In this document: piece after piece, positions 1 through 9,321 of the stretch
Numbering within the stretch: position 1 is the first letter of the stretch
Layout: each line of letters opens with the position of its first letter
Assembly: GCA_041576165.1 (NCBI GenBank)
Contig: JBFGLM010000004.1
Location: 1-64,000 of the forward strand
Length of the DNA stretch: 64,000 bases
Source: Acidimicrobiia bacterium
GTDB lineage: Bacteria > Actinomycetota > Acidimicrobiia > Spongiisociales > Spongiisociaceae
Direction of reading: 5' to 3'
Made by a program: the position numbers and the translations under genes
The notes under the pieces: model-generated
What the model saw: only the letters and a program-made list of their open reading frames with translations
Database searches by the model: none
What the model was told of the DNA's origin: nothing

Positions 1-381
1 GCCACCGACAGGGCCCTGCCAGAGCACTCGTGGCTCGAGCATCATTCCAGACGGATCATTGATGAACGGGAAGAGGCCGGTGTCAGGATTGATGTCCTTC
101 GGCTTTGTGCCGGCCTCGTAGATGGTTACTTGGTGAAAGCCGTCTACGTTGAACGTCACCTCCCCGCCGGCCGAGATAGCCACGGCACCCGGGACAATTC
201 TGTCTACCGCGTGGAAGGACGCGTCGTCGGTACAGCCAAGTCCTGGGTTGCAGCCCGTGCCGAGATCCGGCCGCCCGAACTGCATGGTGGCGGTGTCTGG
301 TGGGCCCGCCCCGACGGGCATTGCGGTCAAAGCGACGAGCACGAGGGTGCTCGCCAAGACGGTGATCACACGCCTTCGCAT
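1..381 (-). CDS. Secreted protein, possibly cupredoxin/plastocyanin-like (partial, runs off left edge)
   Basis: Not in ORF track. AAGGAGG SD then ATG at 381; open frame MRRRVITVLASTLVLVALTAMPVGA (signal peptide)...VAISAGGEVTFNVDGFHQVTIY... with no stop before position 1. Confidence 0.65.
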   Translation of the reverse strand, partial: MRRRVITVLASTLVLVALTAMPVGAGPPDTATMQFGRPDLGTGCNPGLGCTDDASFHAVDRIVPGAVAISAGGEVTFNVDGFHQVTIYEAGTKPKDINPDTGLFPFINDPSGMMLEPRVLWQGPVGG

Positions 382-661
382 TGACGTGACCTCCTTTGTC
401 CCCCATGTGGCCGACGGGCGTCGGCCGCGAACGGCTCAAGCTACACGTGGAGCGCTGCCCGTGGGACAGAGCGCATGCACGTCGCCGGCTCCGATGAGGG
501 GGCCCGATAGCGCCTGAGCAGGAGCGCGGCGTTCAGGCACAACGCGAAACCAGCCACGCCGGAGAGACGGATGCCCGGATCGTCGCCGGTGTTGCGACCG
601 AATGTGAACCGCATGGAGAATGTCGCCACCCGGCCGTCTGGCCCATCGTGGCGCGAGGTAG

Positions 662-1192
662 CTAGACGCCCGGCACCGGCGGCTCGGGCGGGCGGGCCTG
701 GTGGAACTCGGATTTGGCGTTCTGGACCTGGGCGATCAGCTTGCCAAACAGCGCCTCGAGGTATTCGAGACGCTGATGAGCGAAATCTTCGTTCTCGAGC
801 CGGATCTTGCGCGCCTCGCCCTCTGCGCGCCTTACCAGCAGGTTGGCCTCCTCGACCGCTTCAGCGATGATGTGGGATTCCGAGACCAACTCCTCGGCCT
901 TGCGTTTGGCTCGGTCCACGATGCTGCGGGCCCGCTCGTTGGTCCGGGCGACAAACGCTTCCCGTTCCCGGATCATCCACCTGGCCGCTTTCATCTCATC
1001 GGGAAGACGGTCGCGCAGCGTCATGAGCATCGACAGCATCTCGTCGCGGTCCACCATCACGTTGCCGGACAGCGGTACAGCTTTGGCTTCCTCGACAGCA
1101 ACGATCATCTCGTCGATCAGCTCTTGCAGCTCGCCCACCGTCGGCACCTTCGACGCCGATTCCTGGGGCTCCTCACCGTGTTCGGTGTCCAT
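662..1192 (-). CDS. Conserved coiled-coil protein (ATP synthase b/DivIVA-like) downstream of coaD
   Basis: AKAVPLSGNVMVDRDE...LPDEMKAARW motif and conserved position after coaD. Confidence 0.8.
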   Translation of the reverse strand: MDTEHGEEPQESASKVPTVGELQELIDEMIVAVEEAKAVPLSGNVMVDRDEMLSMLMTLRDRLPDEMKAARWMIREREAFVARTNERARSIVDRAKRKAEELVSESHIIAEAVEEANLLVRRAEGEARKIRLENEDFAHQRLEYLEALFGKLIAQVQNAKSEFHQARPPEPPVPGV

Positions 1193-1194
1193 GA

Positions 1195-1674
1195 TCACAG
1201 TTCCAATCTTTCGACCAGGCGCTTCCACACCGACGCCGGCACGAGCTCTTCCACCCGCTCACCTCCCAGCTGCGCCACTTCTTTGATCAGCGAAGACGAC
1301 AGGTAGCCGAATTCGGGGCTGGTGGGGATGAACCAGGTGTCGATCCCGGAGAGATGTGTGTTCATCTGGGCCATCTGCAGCTCGTACTCGAAATCCGAGG
1401 CAGCCCGCAATCCTTTGACAATTACATCCACGCCGCGTTCTAGTGCGAAGTCGACCAGCAGCCCTGTGAAGTGTTCCACCCGAACGCCGGGCGTCTCGGC
1501 AAACAACTCGGACAGCATGTCAACCCGCTCCTCTGCCGTAAAAAGCGGGGTTTTGGACGGGTTGCGGATGACCCCCACCAGGACGTCGTCGAATACGCCG
1601 ACCGCCCGGTGAATCACATCCACATGACCGAGCGTCGGCGGATCGAAGCTGCCCGGACACAGCGCCGTCGTCAA
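1195..1674 (-). CDS. coaD: Pantetheine-phosphate adenylyltransferase
   Basis: CPGSFDPPTLGH, VKGLRAASDFEYE, SSSLIKE motifs; TTG start after AAGGAG, overlapping rsmD stop. Confidence 0.97.
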   Translation of the reverse strand: MTTALCPGSFDPPTLGHVDVIHRAVGVFDDVLVGVIRNPSKTPLFTAEERVDMLSELFAETPGVRVEHFTGLLVDFALERGVDVIVKGLRAASDFEYELQMAQMNTHLSGIDTWFIPTSPEFGYLSSSLIKEVAQLGGERVEELVPASVWKRLVERLEL

Positions 1675-2213
1675 CCGTTCTCCTTCTCGTAGCGCCACAG
1701 CTGAGTCGTTCCGTACGCCCGCTCGCCCGCCGCCTCCAGCCCGGGAATTTCGGGTCGCTCCTCTCCACTGCGCCGGTGAAGAACGACCAGCGCCGCCGGC
1801 CGGAGAATCCGAACAAGCGAGCACATGATGGCACCTATGGACGCCAATGACGCGGAATACGGCGGATCGACAAAGGCCACATCGTATGGACCGGACGGGC
1901 GTTCCACGAACGACTCGACCGTCTCGGGCACTACGACTCCGCCGAGGTCCAGTCGCTCGATGTTGGTGCGCAGCGTCGTCAGGGCAGCCCGATCCGCCTC
2001 TACGAAGGTGGCCGATGCCGCCCCCCGGCTGAGCGCCTCCAGTCCCAAGGATCCGGATCCGGCATAGAGATCAAGCACGTCAGCGCCCGGAATGTATTCG
2101 GCGATGGCCGAGAACAAGCCTTCGCGTGCCCGGTCGGTCATCGGGCGGGTGGTGGCGTGGCCACGGGGCCCGTCGATCCGGCGTCCCCGGGCGGTCCCGG
2201 CGATGATCCTCAT
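1671..2213 (-). CDS. rsmD: 16S rRNA m2G966 methyltransferase
   Basis: MRIIAGTARGR, TRP, VLDLYAGSGSLGLEALSRGA, DPPY. Confidence 0.95.
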   Translation of the reverse strand: MRIIAGTARGRRIDGPRGHATTRPMTDRAREGLFSAIAEYIPGADVLDLYAGSGSLGLEALSRGAASATFVEADRAALTTLRTNIERLDLGGVVVPETVESFVERPSGPYDVAFVDPPYSASLASIGAIMCSLVRILRPAALVVLHRRSGEERPEIPGLEAAGERAYGTTQLWRYEKENG

Positions 2214-4396
2214 GAGATGAACAGCCACTCGACCGCATCGCCGAGCAGCGCCCGGACCTCGTCCCTGATGGCCGGGTGACGATCCAGGCTGGGGTCGTCA
2301 TCGATCAGTGCAAACGCTTCGCGCCGCGCCGCGATCAGCGTCTCCGCATCGCGCAGGATGTCGGCTACCCGCAGGTCCGAGAGCCCCGACTGACGTGCCC
2401 CGAACACGGTCCCCTGTCCGCGTATGCGCAGATCCTCCTCTGCCAGGCGGAATCCGTCGGTGGTGGCGACCATCGCCGCGATCCGCGCCTTACCCTCCTC
2501 GGTGGTGGGGTCGGCAATCAACACACACTGGCTCTGGTGCTTTCCCCTGCCCACCCGGCCCCGCAGCTGATGTAGTTGCGACAGGCCGAAGCGGTCCGCG
2601 TCCTCGATGACCATGATCGCGGCGTTGGGAATGTCGATGCCCACCTCGATGACGGTGGTCGCCACCAGCAGATCCAATTTCCCGTCACGGAAGGCGGCCA
2701 TGGCTTCGTCTTTGTCCCGGGGGCTCATCTGGCCATGGAGCAGGCCGACTGCCATGTCGCTGAAGACGCGGGAGAGACGGGCGTGCTCCGCCACCGCCGA
2801 CGAGGCCTCGACCTTGGGTGAATCCTCAACGAGCGGGCAGACGACATAGCCCTGACGTCCGGCCGCAACTTCCTCGCGCACAACCCGGTACACACGCTCT
2901 AGTTCTGGGTCTGAGCCGCCCACCGCCCAGGTGTTGATCGCGATCCGCCCCGGAGGGAGCTCGTCGAGGATGGAGACGTCCAGGTCGCCGTACAGGGTCA
3001 TGGAGAGGGTGCGGGGAATCGGGGTTGCGGTCATGATCAGCAGATCGGGATCGGCCGCATCGCCTTTCTCTTTCAACTTCACCCGCTGATGGACGCCAAA
3101 ACGGTGCTGCTCGTCCACGACCGCTACACCCAGCTGGTCGAAATTCACGCCCTCCTGGATGAGGGCATGGGTGCCGACCACTATGTCCACTTCGCCGGCC
3201 GCCACCAGCTCCAGCAGCTCGGGCCGGGTGATCGAGTCCTTGAAATTGGCTCGGGCACTGTTGGAGGTGAGCAGCGCCAGCCGCACCTCATGATGACTGC
3301 CCTCCGTCTTCGCCGCCTCGAACAAACTCACCATCCCGCGCGGGTCGGGCCAGGCGTCTGGTGTCATGCCGGCCAGGTCTAGGAGGTCGGCGATCCCACG
3401 GAAATGTTGCTCGGCGAGGACCTCGGTGGGAGCCATCACAGCCCCCTGGTAGCCGCCCTGCACACCGACAAGCAGCGATGCCACCGCCACCACTGTCTTG
3501 CCCGAGCCAACCTCACCCTGCAGCAGCCGGTGCATCGGTTCGGGCCCGGCGAGATCGCGGCGGATCTCCTCCATGACCCGCACCTGGGCGCCGGTCAACG
3601 TGTACGGAAGTGCACCGATGAACTCGTCGAGGACTGAACCGTCGGTTTGATGCCGAATGCCGACTGACTGACTGGCATTCCACCGCTTGGTGAGAGCCAG
3701 CGCAACCTCGAGGCGGAAGAACTCATCGAACGCCAGCCGAGTGCGGGCGGGGGCAACGTCGTCCAGCGCGTCGGGAAAATGGATCGAGCCGAACGCCGTG
3801 TCTCGCGCCCCCAAGCCCAACCTGGCAACCATGTCTGCGGGCAGCGGGTCGGCGATGGGACGGGACCGAGCCAGAGCATTGTGCATCGCTCGGCGCAAGT
3901 AGCCGGGACCCGCGGCGCCCACTCCGGGATGGATGGGGACCACCCGCCCGGTCACCAGGCTCTCGCCGCCCGACTGCAGCACGTCCACGGCCGGACTCTT
4001 CATCTGGAGCCGCCCCCGGAAGCGCTCAACCTTCCCGGACAACGCAACCTCGGCCCCCTCGGACAGCTGGCGGGCCCGGAAACCCTGGTTGAACCACACG
4101 GCTTTCACGGTTGCTGTGCCGTCCGAGAGCTGGGCTTCAACGATCGTCAGGTTACGACGGGGACGGCGGGTCGACACGTTCTGTACCGTTGCGAGAACGG
4201 TCACCTCTTCCCCGACCGGGACGGCATTCAGATCGACCTTGGTGCTGCGGTCGATGTAGCGACGGGGAACATGCATGAGAAGATCAGCCACGGTCTTGAC
4301 CCCCGCCTCGGCGAGGTCGGCGCCCCGCTTGCCACTGAGGCCTTTGACCTGTTGTACCGGAATCCCGGCCAGGTACGCCAGCGTCCGCCCGGTCAC
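2210..4396 (-). CDS. recG: ATP-dependent DNA helicase RecG
   Basis: RLLQGEVGSGKT, DEQHRFG, MTATPIPRT, QLHQLRGRVGRG. Confidence 0.98.
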   Translation of the reverse strand: MTGRTLAYLAGIPVQQVKGLSGKRGADLAEAGVKTVADLLMHVPRRYIDRSTKVDLNAVPVGEEVTVLATVQNVSTRRPRRNLTIVEAQLSDGTATVKAVWFNQGFRARQLSEGAEVALSGKVERFRGRLQMKSPAVDVLQSGGESLVTGRVVPIHPGVGAAGPGYLRRAMHNALARSRPIADPLPADMVARLGLGARDTAFGSIHFPDALDDVAPARTRLAFDEFFRLEVALALTKRWNASQSVGIRHQTDGSVLDEFIGALPYTLTGAQVRVMEEIRRDLAGPEPMHRLLQGEVGSGKTVVAVASLLVGVQGGYQGAVMAPTEVLAEQHFRGIADLLDLAGMTPDAWPDPRGMVSLFEAAKTEGSHHEVRLALLTSNSARANFKDSITRPELLELVAAGEVDIVVGTHALIQEGVNFDQLGVAVVDEQHRFGVHQRVKLKEKGDAADPDLLIMTATPIPRTLSMTLYGDLDVSILDELPPGRIAINTWAVGGSDPELERVYRVVREEVAAGRQGYVVCPLVEDSPKVEASSAVAEHARLSRVFSDMAVGLLHGQMSPRDKDEAMAAFRDGKLDLLVATTVIEVGIDIPNAAIMVIEDADRFGLSQLHQLRGRVGRGKHQSQCVLIADPTTEEGKARIAAMVATTDGFRLAEEDLRIRGQGTVFGARQSGLSDLRVADILRDAETLIAARREAFALIDDDPSLDRHPAIRDEVRALLGDAVEWLFIS

Positions 4397-6000
4397 TCGA
4401 TCGAGGCGAGGTAGGGGTACAACGGCTGCCTCCCGTTCACGCTCACCACCTCCAGGTCTGGATACTCCGCAGCCATCAGCTCCGTGAACGCTTCAACGGC
4501 AGTCGGCTCGTGTCCGTCGCCCAGAAACAGAGTCACCAACTCGGCCTCAGGCGTCACCGCATGGCGGGCCAGATCGCGCAGTGCGCTCATCTGATCCGCC
4601 GCGACCGCGGCGATCTTCCCCTCGACGAGCACGAGCCAATCCCCTGCCGAGACCTGCCCGGCGGCCGTCTCGGCATCCCGGACCGCTTGGGTGATCTCGC
4701 CGGTGACAACCTCCCCGGCGGCCCGCTCCATCCCGGCGACCACGGCGTCTGGATCTCCCTCGGGCAGATACCCGAGCATGGCTGCGATCCCCTCCGGAAT
4801 CGAACACGTCGGAACAACGTAGACCGACTTGGTGCTCAGCTCGTCCAGGCGGCCCGCCACCGGAACGATGTTCTTGTTGTTTGGCAGGACGACCACGACG
4901 TTCGCCGGGATCTGCTCCACTTCAACGAGCAGCTCCTCGGTAGAGGGATTCATCGACTGTCCACCGCCGACGACCGACTGGACGCCTAGCTCCCGGAATA
5001 CCTCGCGCAGCCCGTCGCCTGCCGCCACCGCCACTACCCCAAGCGGTGCCTCAGCGAAAGCCGGCAGCGGCTCGAACCGGTGGTGGGATGCGTCGGCGCT
5101 CTGCTCGAGCAAATCTGTGACACGGATGTCGTAGGGGCGCCCGGCCCTGATCCCGGCCTCGATTGAGCGCCCGATCTCGTCGGTGTGTATGTGACAGTTG
5201 TACGTACCGTCGCCCCCAACCACGACTATCGAGTCGCCGATCTCGGACCAGGCGGTTTTGAGGTCGCCCACGTTCTCGTCCTGCGCCTCCAGGAAGAACA
5301 TGACTTCATACCGCAGATCGGCCACTGCTGGGGCTTGGGAGGGATCGACTTGTTCGCGAGCCACCGCCGCCGACACGATCGGCTCGGGCAGCGGCGTCTG
5401 CACGCCCGTGGTTTCTTCGACAAACGCCCCGAACATCAGCAACAACCCGGCGCCGCCCGCATCGACGACCCCGGCCTGTTTCAAGACCGGCAACAAGTCG
5501 GGCGTCTGCTCCAGCGCTTGCAGTGCCCGGGCATACACAAGCTCGATCAGCCGACTCAAGTCCTCGGCCTGGTCGGATTCTCGGGCTCCGCTGGCCGCCT
5601 CCCGGATAACTGTGAGGATGGTGCCCTCGACGGGGCGCACCACACTCTCATAGGCGGCTTCCGCAGCACGGCTCAAGCCCTCGATGAGCTGGGCCATACC
5701 CACCCGGTCGCCTCCACCAAAGGTCTCGGAGAGGCCGCGCAGGATCTGGGACAGGATCACGCCGCTGTTGCCGCGGGCGCCCATGAGCGACCCGTGCGCA
5801 ATGGCCGCGGACAGCTCCGCCATCGTCTTGGTGCCTTCACATGCGGTCAGTACCGAACCGACGGTGAGTGCCATGTTCGTGCCCGTATCGCCGTCGGGCA
5901 CCGGATAGACGTTGAGACGGTTCAATACGTCCCGATGCTGGACCAGGCCCTGGTAGTAGCGCTCCATCACGCGTTTGATGTCATGGGCATTGAGCGTCAT
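4393..6000 (-). CDS. DAK2-domain protein (FakA/YloV family)
   Basis: LNVYPVPDGDTGTNM, GARGNSGVILSQ, GGQSMNPS; conserved position upstream of recG. Confidence 0.93.
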   Translation of the reverse strand: MTLNAHDIKRVMERYYQGLVQHRDVLNRLNVYPVPDGDTGTNMALTVGSVLTACEGTKTMAELSAAIAHGSLMGARGNSGVILSQILRGLSETFGGGDRVGMAQLIEGLSRAAEAAYESVVRPVEGTILTVIREAASGARESDQAEDLSRLIELVYARALQALEQTPDLLPVLKQAGVVDAGGAGLLLMFGAFVEETTGVQTPLPEPIVSAAVAREQVDPSQAPAVADLRYEVMFFLEAQDENVGDLKTAWSEIGDSIVVVGGDGTYNCHIHTDEIGRSIEAGIRAGRPYDIRVTDLLEQSADASHHRFEPLPAFAEAPLGVVAVAAGDGLREVFRELGVQSVVGGGQSMNPSTEELLVEVEQIPANVVVVLPNNKNIVPVAGRLDELSTKSVYVVPTCSIPEGIAAMLGYLPEGDPDAVVAGMERAAGEVVTGEITQAVRDAETAAGQVSAGDWLVLVEGKIAAVAADQMSALRDLARHAVTPEAELVTLFLGDGHEPTAVEAFTELMAAEYPDLEVVSVNGRQPLYPYLASIE

Positions 6001-6101
6001 CGCGGCCGAGGATATCGGTTTGCATCCCGGATCCGGACGATCCGGGGAATCGGGCCCCTGCGTCGGTCCGATCTCGCAACCTGTCTATGCTCACCGCCAC
6101 C

Positions 6102-6314
6102 ATGCAAGGTGTAGTCAAGATCTACGACCCCAGCACGGGTGCGGGCGTCGTCATTCGCGACGACGATCGGGGAGAGGTTTACCTGCGACCCGGTTCGCTG
6201 AAGGGAAGTGTTTTCCGGCTTCTGCGCCAGGGTCAGCGCATCATCTTCGATGTGGAAGAAGCCGAGGGCCGCTTGTTCGCCCATTCTATCCGGATGGGAA
6301 GCGACGGTCGCTAG
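6102..6314 (+). CDS. Cold-shock-domain-like small protein (degenerate RNP motifs)
   Basis: MQGVVKIYD...FRLLRQGQRIIFDV pattern resembles the CSD fold. Confidence 0.75.
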   Translation: MQGVVKIYDPSTGAGVVIRDDDRGEVYLRPGSLKGSVFRLLRQGQRIIFDVEEAEGRLFAHSIRMGSDGR

Positions 6315-6396
6315 GCCGAACTCTCCCGGTCCCGCCCGCCCGCCCCAATGCCCGATCGGTATAGTCAGGCGATAACGATCGCCGAGAGGAGAAGTC

Positions 6397-6630
6397 GTGG
6401 TCCAAGCTTATGTGCTCATCCAGACGGAAGTCGGGAAGGCAGCGCAAGTCGCATCGGCCGTACGGGACATCGACGGTGTAGACACGGCCGATGATGTGAC
6501 CGGACCGTATGACGTCATCGTCAAGGCAGAGGCGTCGGATGTGGACCAGCTCGGCAAGCTCGTGGTGGCGCGCATCCAGGCCATCGAGGGCATTACACGC
6601 ACGCTGACGTGCCCGGTGGTGCACCTCTGA
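6397..6630 (+). CDS. Stand-alone Lrp/AsnC ligand-binding-domain protein
   Basis: VQAYVLIQTEVGKA...VTGPYDVIV...GITRTLTCPVVHL; AGGAG SD. Confidence 0.92.
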   Translation: MVQAYVLIQTEVGKAAQVASAVRDIDGVDTADDVTGPYDVIVKAEASDVDQLGKLVVARIQAIEGITRTLTCPVVHL

Positions 6631-6718
6631 ACCGAGTTCCTGCTCGGAACCTCTCGGGAGAAACGGAGGGCCGCTCGCCTCTCACGGGAAAGAAGCCCGG
6701 CGCCGCTTACGTCGAAGC

Positions 6719-7789
6719 TCAGTCGGCGGTTCTCCGATAACCCGATCGCCGGCGGTGGCGATCGAACGCATACTCGACCAGTTTGGTGATCAGCTCGGAG
6801 TAGCTGAGCCCTTCGTATTCCCATAGCTTGGGGTACATCGATATCGGCGTGAAGCCGGGAAGTGTGTTCACCTCGTTTACAAGGAGGTCACCGCTGCCGG
6901 TCAAGAACAAATCGACCCGGGCCAATCCCTCAACCTGCAACGTTCGGTAGGTGGTCAGCGCCAGCTCCCGGGCAGCGGCCGTAGTGGGCGCCGTCAGCGG
7001 TGCCGGGATCAGCAGCTCGGCCTGGCCCAGGACGTATTTGTCTCGGTAGTCGTAGAAATCCTGGCTGGGCACGATCTCTCCCGGCGCCGAGCTCTGCGGG
7101 TGCTCATTGCCCATCACTGCCACCTCGATCTCGCGACCGGCCACAAATGCCTCGACCAGAGCGCGTTCACCGTAGTCCAGGGCGGCGCCCACGGCCTTCA
7201 GCAGCGCATCGGAGCTGTCCACCTTGGCCACCCCGACCGACGACCCCTGGGCGGCCGGCTTCACGAAGCACGGAAAGCCGAGTTCTTCCCCGAGCCGCTC
7301 GGCCTGGGCCGGCGTGAGGCCGGGGCTGTCCACCGTCCGGAAAACCCCCTGGGGTATCCCCGCGTGGTGCAGCACAGCCTTGGCCATGTCCTTTTCCATG
7401 CACAATGCCGACGCGAGCACGCCGGCCCCGACGTAGGGGACACCCACAACGTCAAGGAGGCCCTGCAGAGAGCCGTCCTCGCCAATTGTCCCGTGGATCA
7501 GCGGGAAGACGACTGCCTCCGAGCTGTCGCCGAACGCCTCGAATAGCGGGGCCGGGAACTGCGACGCATCTCCAAGAGCATTGGGCGATGGCAGTTGCGT
7601 GGCATCGGGTAAATCGGCCAGCGCGTCGGTGGCATCTACCCACTGACCCTCACGGGTCACACCGACGATGCGCACATCGAACTGATCCTGATCTGCGGCG
7701 CGGCTGACGTGGAAGGTGGAGACGCACGACACTTCATGCTCCGCCGATGGGCCCCCGTAGACGAGCACCAGCTTGGTGTACCCGTTCAT
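6719..7789 (-). CDS. ddl: D-alanine--D-alanine ligase
   Basis: YGGPSAEHEVS, HGTIGEDG, GSSVG, FYDYRDKY, NEVNTLPGFT. Confidence 0.96.
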   Translation of the reverse strand: MNGYTKLVLVYGGPSAEHEVSCVSTFHVSRAADQDQFDVRIVGVTREGQWVDATDALADLPDATQLPSPNALGDASQFPAPLFEAFGDSSEAVVFPLIHGTIGEDGSLQGLLDVVGVPYVGAGVLASALCMEKDMAKAVLHHAGIPQGVFRTVDSPGLTPAQAERLGEELGFPCFVKPAAQGSSVGVAKVDSSDALLKAVGAALDYGERALVEAFVAGREIEVAVMGNEHPQSSAPGEIVPSQDFYDYRDKYVLGQAELLIPAPLTAPTTAAARELALTTYRTLQVEGLARVDLFLTGSGDLLVNEVNTLPGFTPISMYPKLWEYEGLSYSELITKLVEYAFDRHRRRSGYRRTAD

Positions 7790-7869
7790 GGCCACGCAGC
7801 ATAGGTACTGTGACCCGGACTTTCGATGATGCTCCCGCCGGCCGCGGCCGGCTCGAACGAACGGGAGAC

Positions 7870-9168
7870 ATGCGGTTCACCAGCGAAGAAATCGCCAAGA
7901 TCACCGGCGGCGATCACAGCGGCCCGCCGGCCGCCGTCCTGCGTGCGGTCATAGACAGCCGCATCGCCCGAGAGCACGACCTCTTCATACCGGTGCGAGG
8001 TGAGCGAGATGGGCACGACTTCATCCCGGCTGCCCTCGACGCGGGCGCTGCGGCATACCTGACGGAGTACGAGCCGGTCGGGGGGACGGCCATCAGGGTG
8101 GAAGACACACTCCGGGCACTGCATGATCTGGGCCGCGCCGCCCGCGATCTTGTGCCGGATCTAGTGGTGGCCGTGACGGGCTCGGTGGGCAAGACCACAG
8201 TGAAGGAACTCTGCCTGGGCGCCTTCAGGCATTTCGGCGTCGTGGAGGCCAGTCCGGCCTCTTACAACAATGAGCTCGGCGTCCCGCTGACCCTGATCAA
8301 CGCCATCGTACCGATCGATGCGCTGATCGTTGAGATGGGGGCACGCGGGCAGGGACATATCCGCCACCTATGCACCATCGCCCGCCCAAAGGTGGGGATC
8401 GTCACCACCGTGGACGCGGCCCACCTCGAGCAGTTCGGGACACTGGAGGAAGTTGCCCGCGCCAAGGGCGAACTCGTTGAGGCGCTGCCCACCTCCGGGC
8501 TGGCGGTGCTCAACGGCGACGACCCACTCGTCGCGCCGATGGCCGCCATCACCGACGCTCGAACCGTTACCTTTGGGTTGTCGAGCTCGGCCGACGTCCA
8601 CGCTCGTGATATTCGCATGGACTCCGACCTGCGCGCTCGCTTCCGGCTCAGTTCGCCGTGGGGGTCGGCCGACGTCTGCCTGGCGGTGAACGGCCGGCAT
8701 CAAGTGGCGAATGCGCTGGCGGCGGCCACTCCTGCCCTGTGGGCCGGCCTTGTTCCCACTCAGGTCGCCGATGGCCTGGCCCAAGTCAAGCCTCCGGATG
8801 GGCGCATGGCGATCAGGCATGCACCATCTGGCGCTGTCATCATCGATGACACCTACAACGCGAACCCCGCGAGCGTGCGAGCTGCTTTCCAGTCGCTCGC
8901 TGCTCTGCGGGTAGAGCGGAGGATTGCGGTGCTGGGCCTCATGGCTGAGCTGGGCGACACCAGCCAGGCCGCACACCGCGCCATCGCCGCCGACGCAGAA
9001 CAGCTCGGCATCGAGTTGGTCAGCGTCGATACCGACCTCTACGGGATTATGCCCACCCCGATCGGCGACGTTGCCGACCGGATCGGGCCGCTCGACGACC
9101 GTTGCGCGGTCTTGGTCAAGGGAAGCCGCGTGGCTGCGCTGGAGCGGGTGCTCCCGCTGCTCCAATGA
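7870..9168 (+). CDS. murF: UDP-MurNAc-tripeptide--D-Ala-D-Ala ligase
   Basis: VTGSVGKTTVKE, NNELGVPLT, EMG, IIDDTYNANP, LVKGSR. Confidence 0.95.
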   Translation: MRFTSEEIAKITGGDHSGPPAAVLRAVIDSRIAREHDLFIPVRGERDGHDFIPAALDAGAAAYLTEYEPVGGTAIRVEDTLRALHDLGRAARDLVPDLVVAVTGSVGKTTVKELCLGAFRHFGVVEASPASYNNELGVPLTLINAIVPIDALIVEMGARGQGHIRHLCTIARPKVGIVTTVDAAHLEQFGTLEEVARAKGELVEALPTSGLAVLNGDDPLVAPMAAITDARTVTFGLSSSADVHARDIRMDSDLRARFRLSSPWGSADVCLAVNGRHQVANALAAATPALWAGLVPTQVADGLAQVKPPDGRMAIRHAPSGAVIIDDTYNANPASVRAAFQSLAALRVERRIAVLGLMAELGDTSQAAHRAIAADAEQLGIELVSVDTDLYGIMPTPIGDVADRIGPLDDRCAVLVKGSRVAALERVLPLLQ

Positions 9169-9321
9169 GCGGTGTGCTTTCCCTAGCCACCGCCGGCGGC
9201 CAAGATACGGCTGCGGGAGGCTCGTCCAGTCGGCAAGTCTCCTTACTCCAGGCCATAGACCTGCCGATGATTCATCTACCGACCTGAACCAGTAGCAGAC
9301 ACCAGGAACACAGCGAGGGCC

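Noticed and set aside
542-550. ACGCGAAAC resembling the ncRNA upstream motif
   Set aside because: Single imperfect copy without the 20-bp tandem partner or a matching downstream promoter
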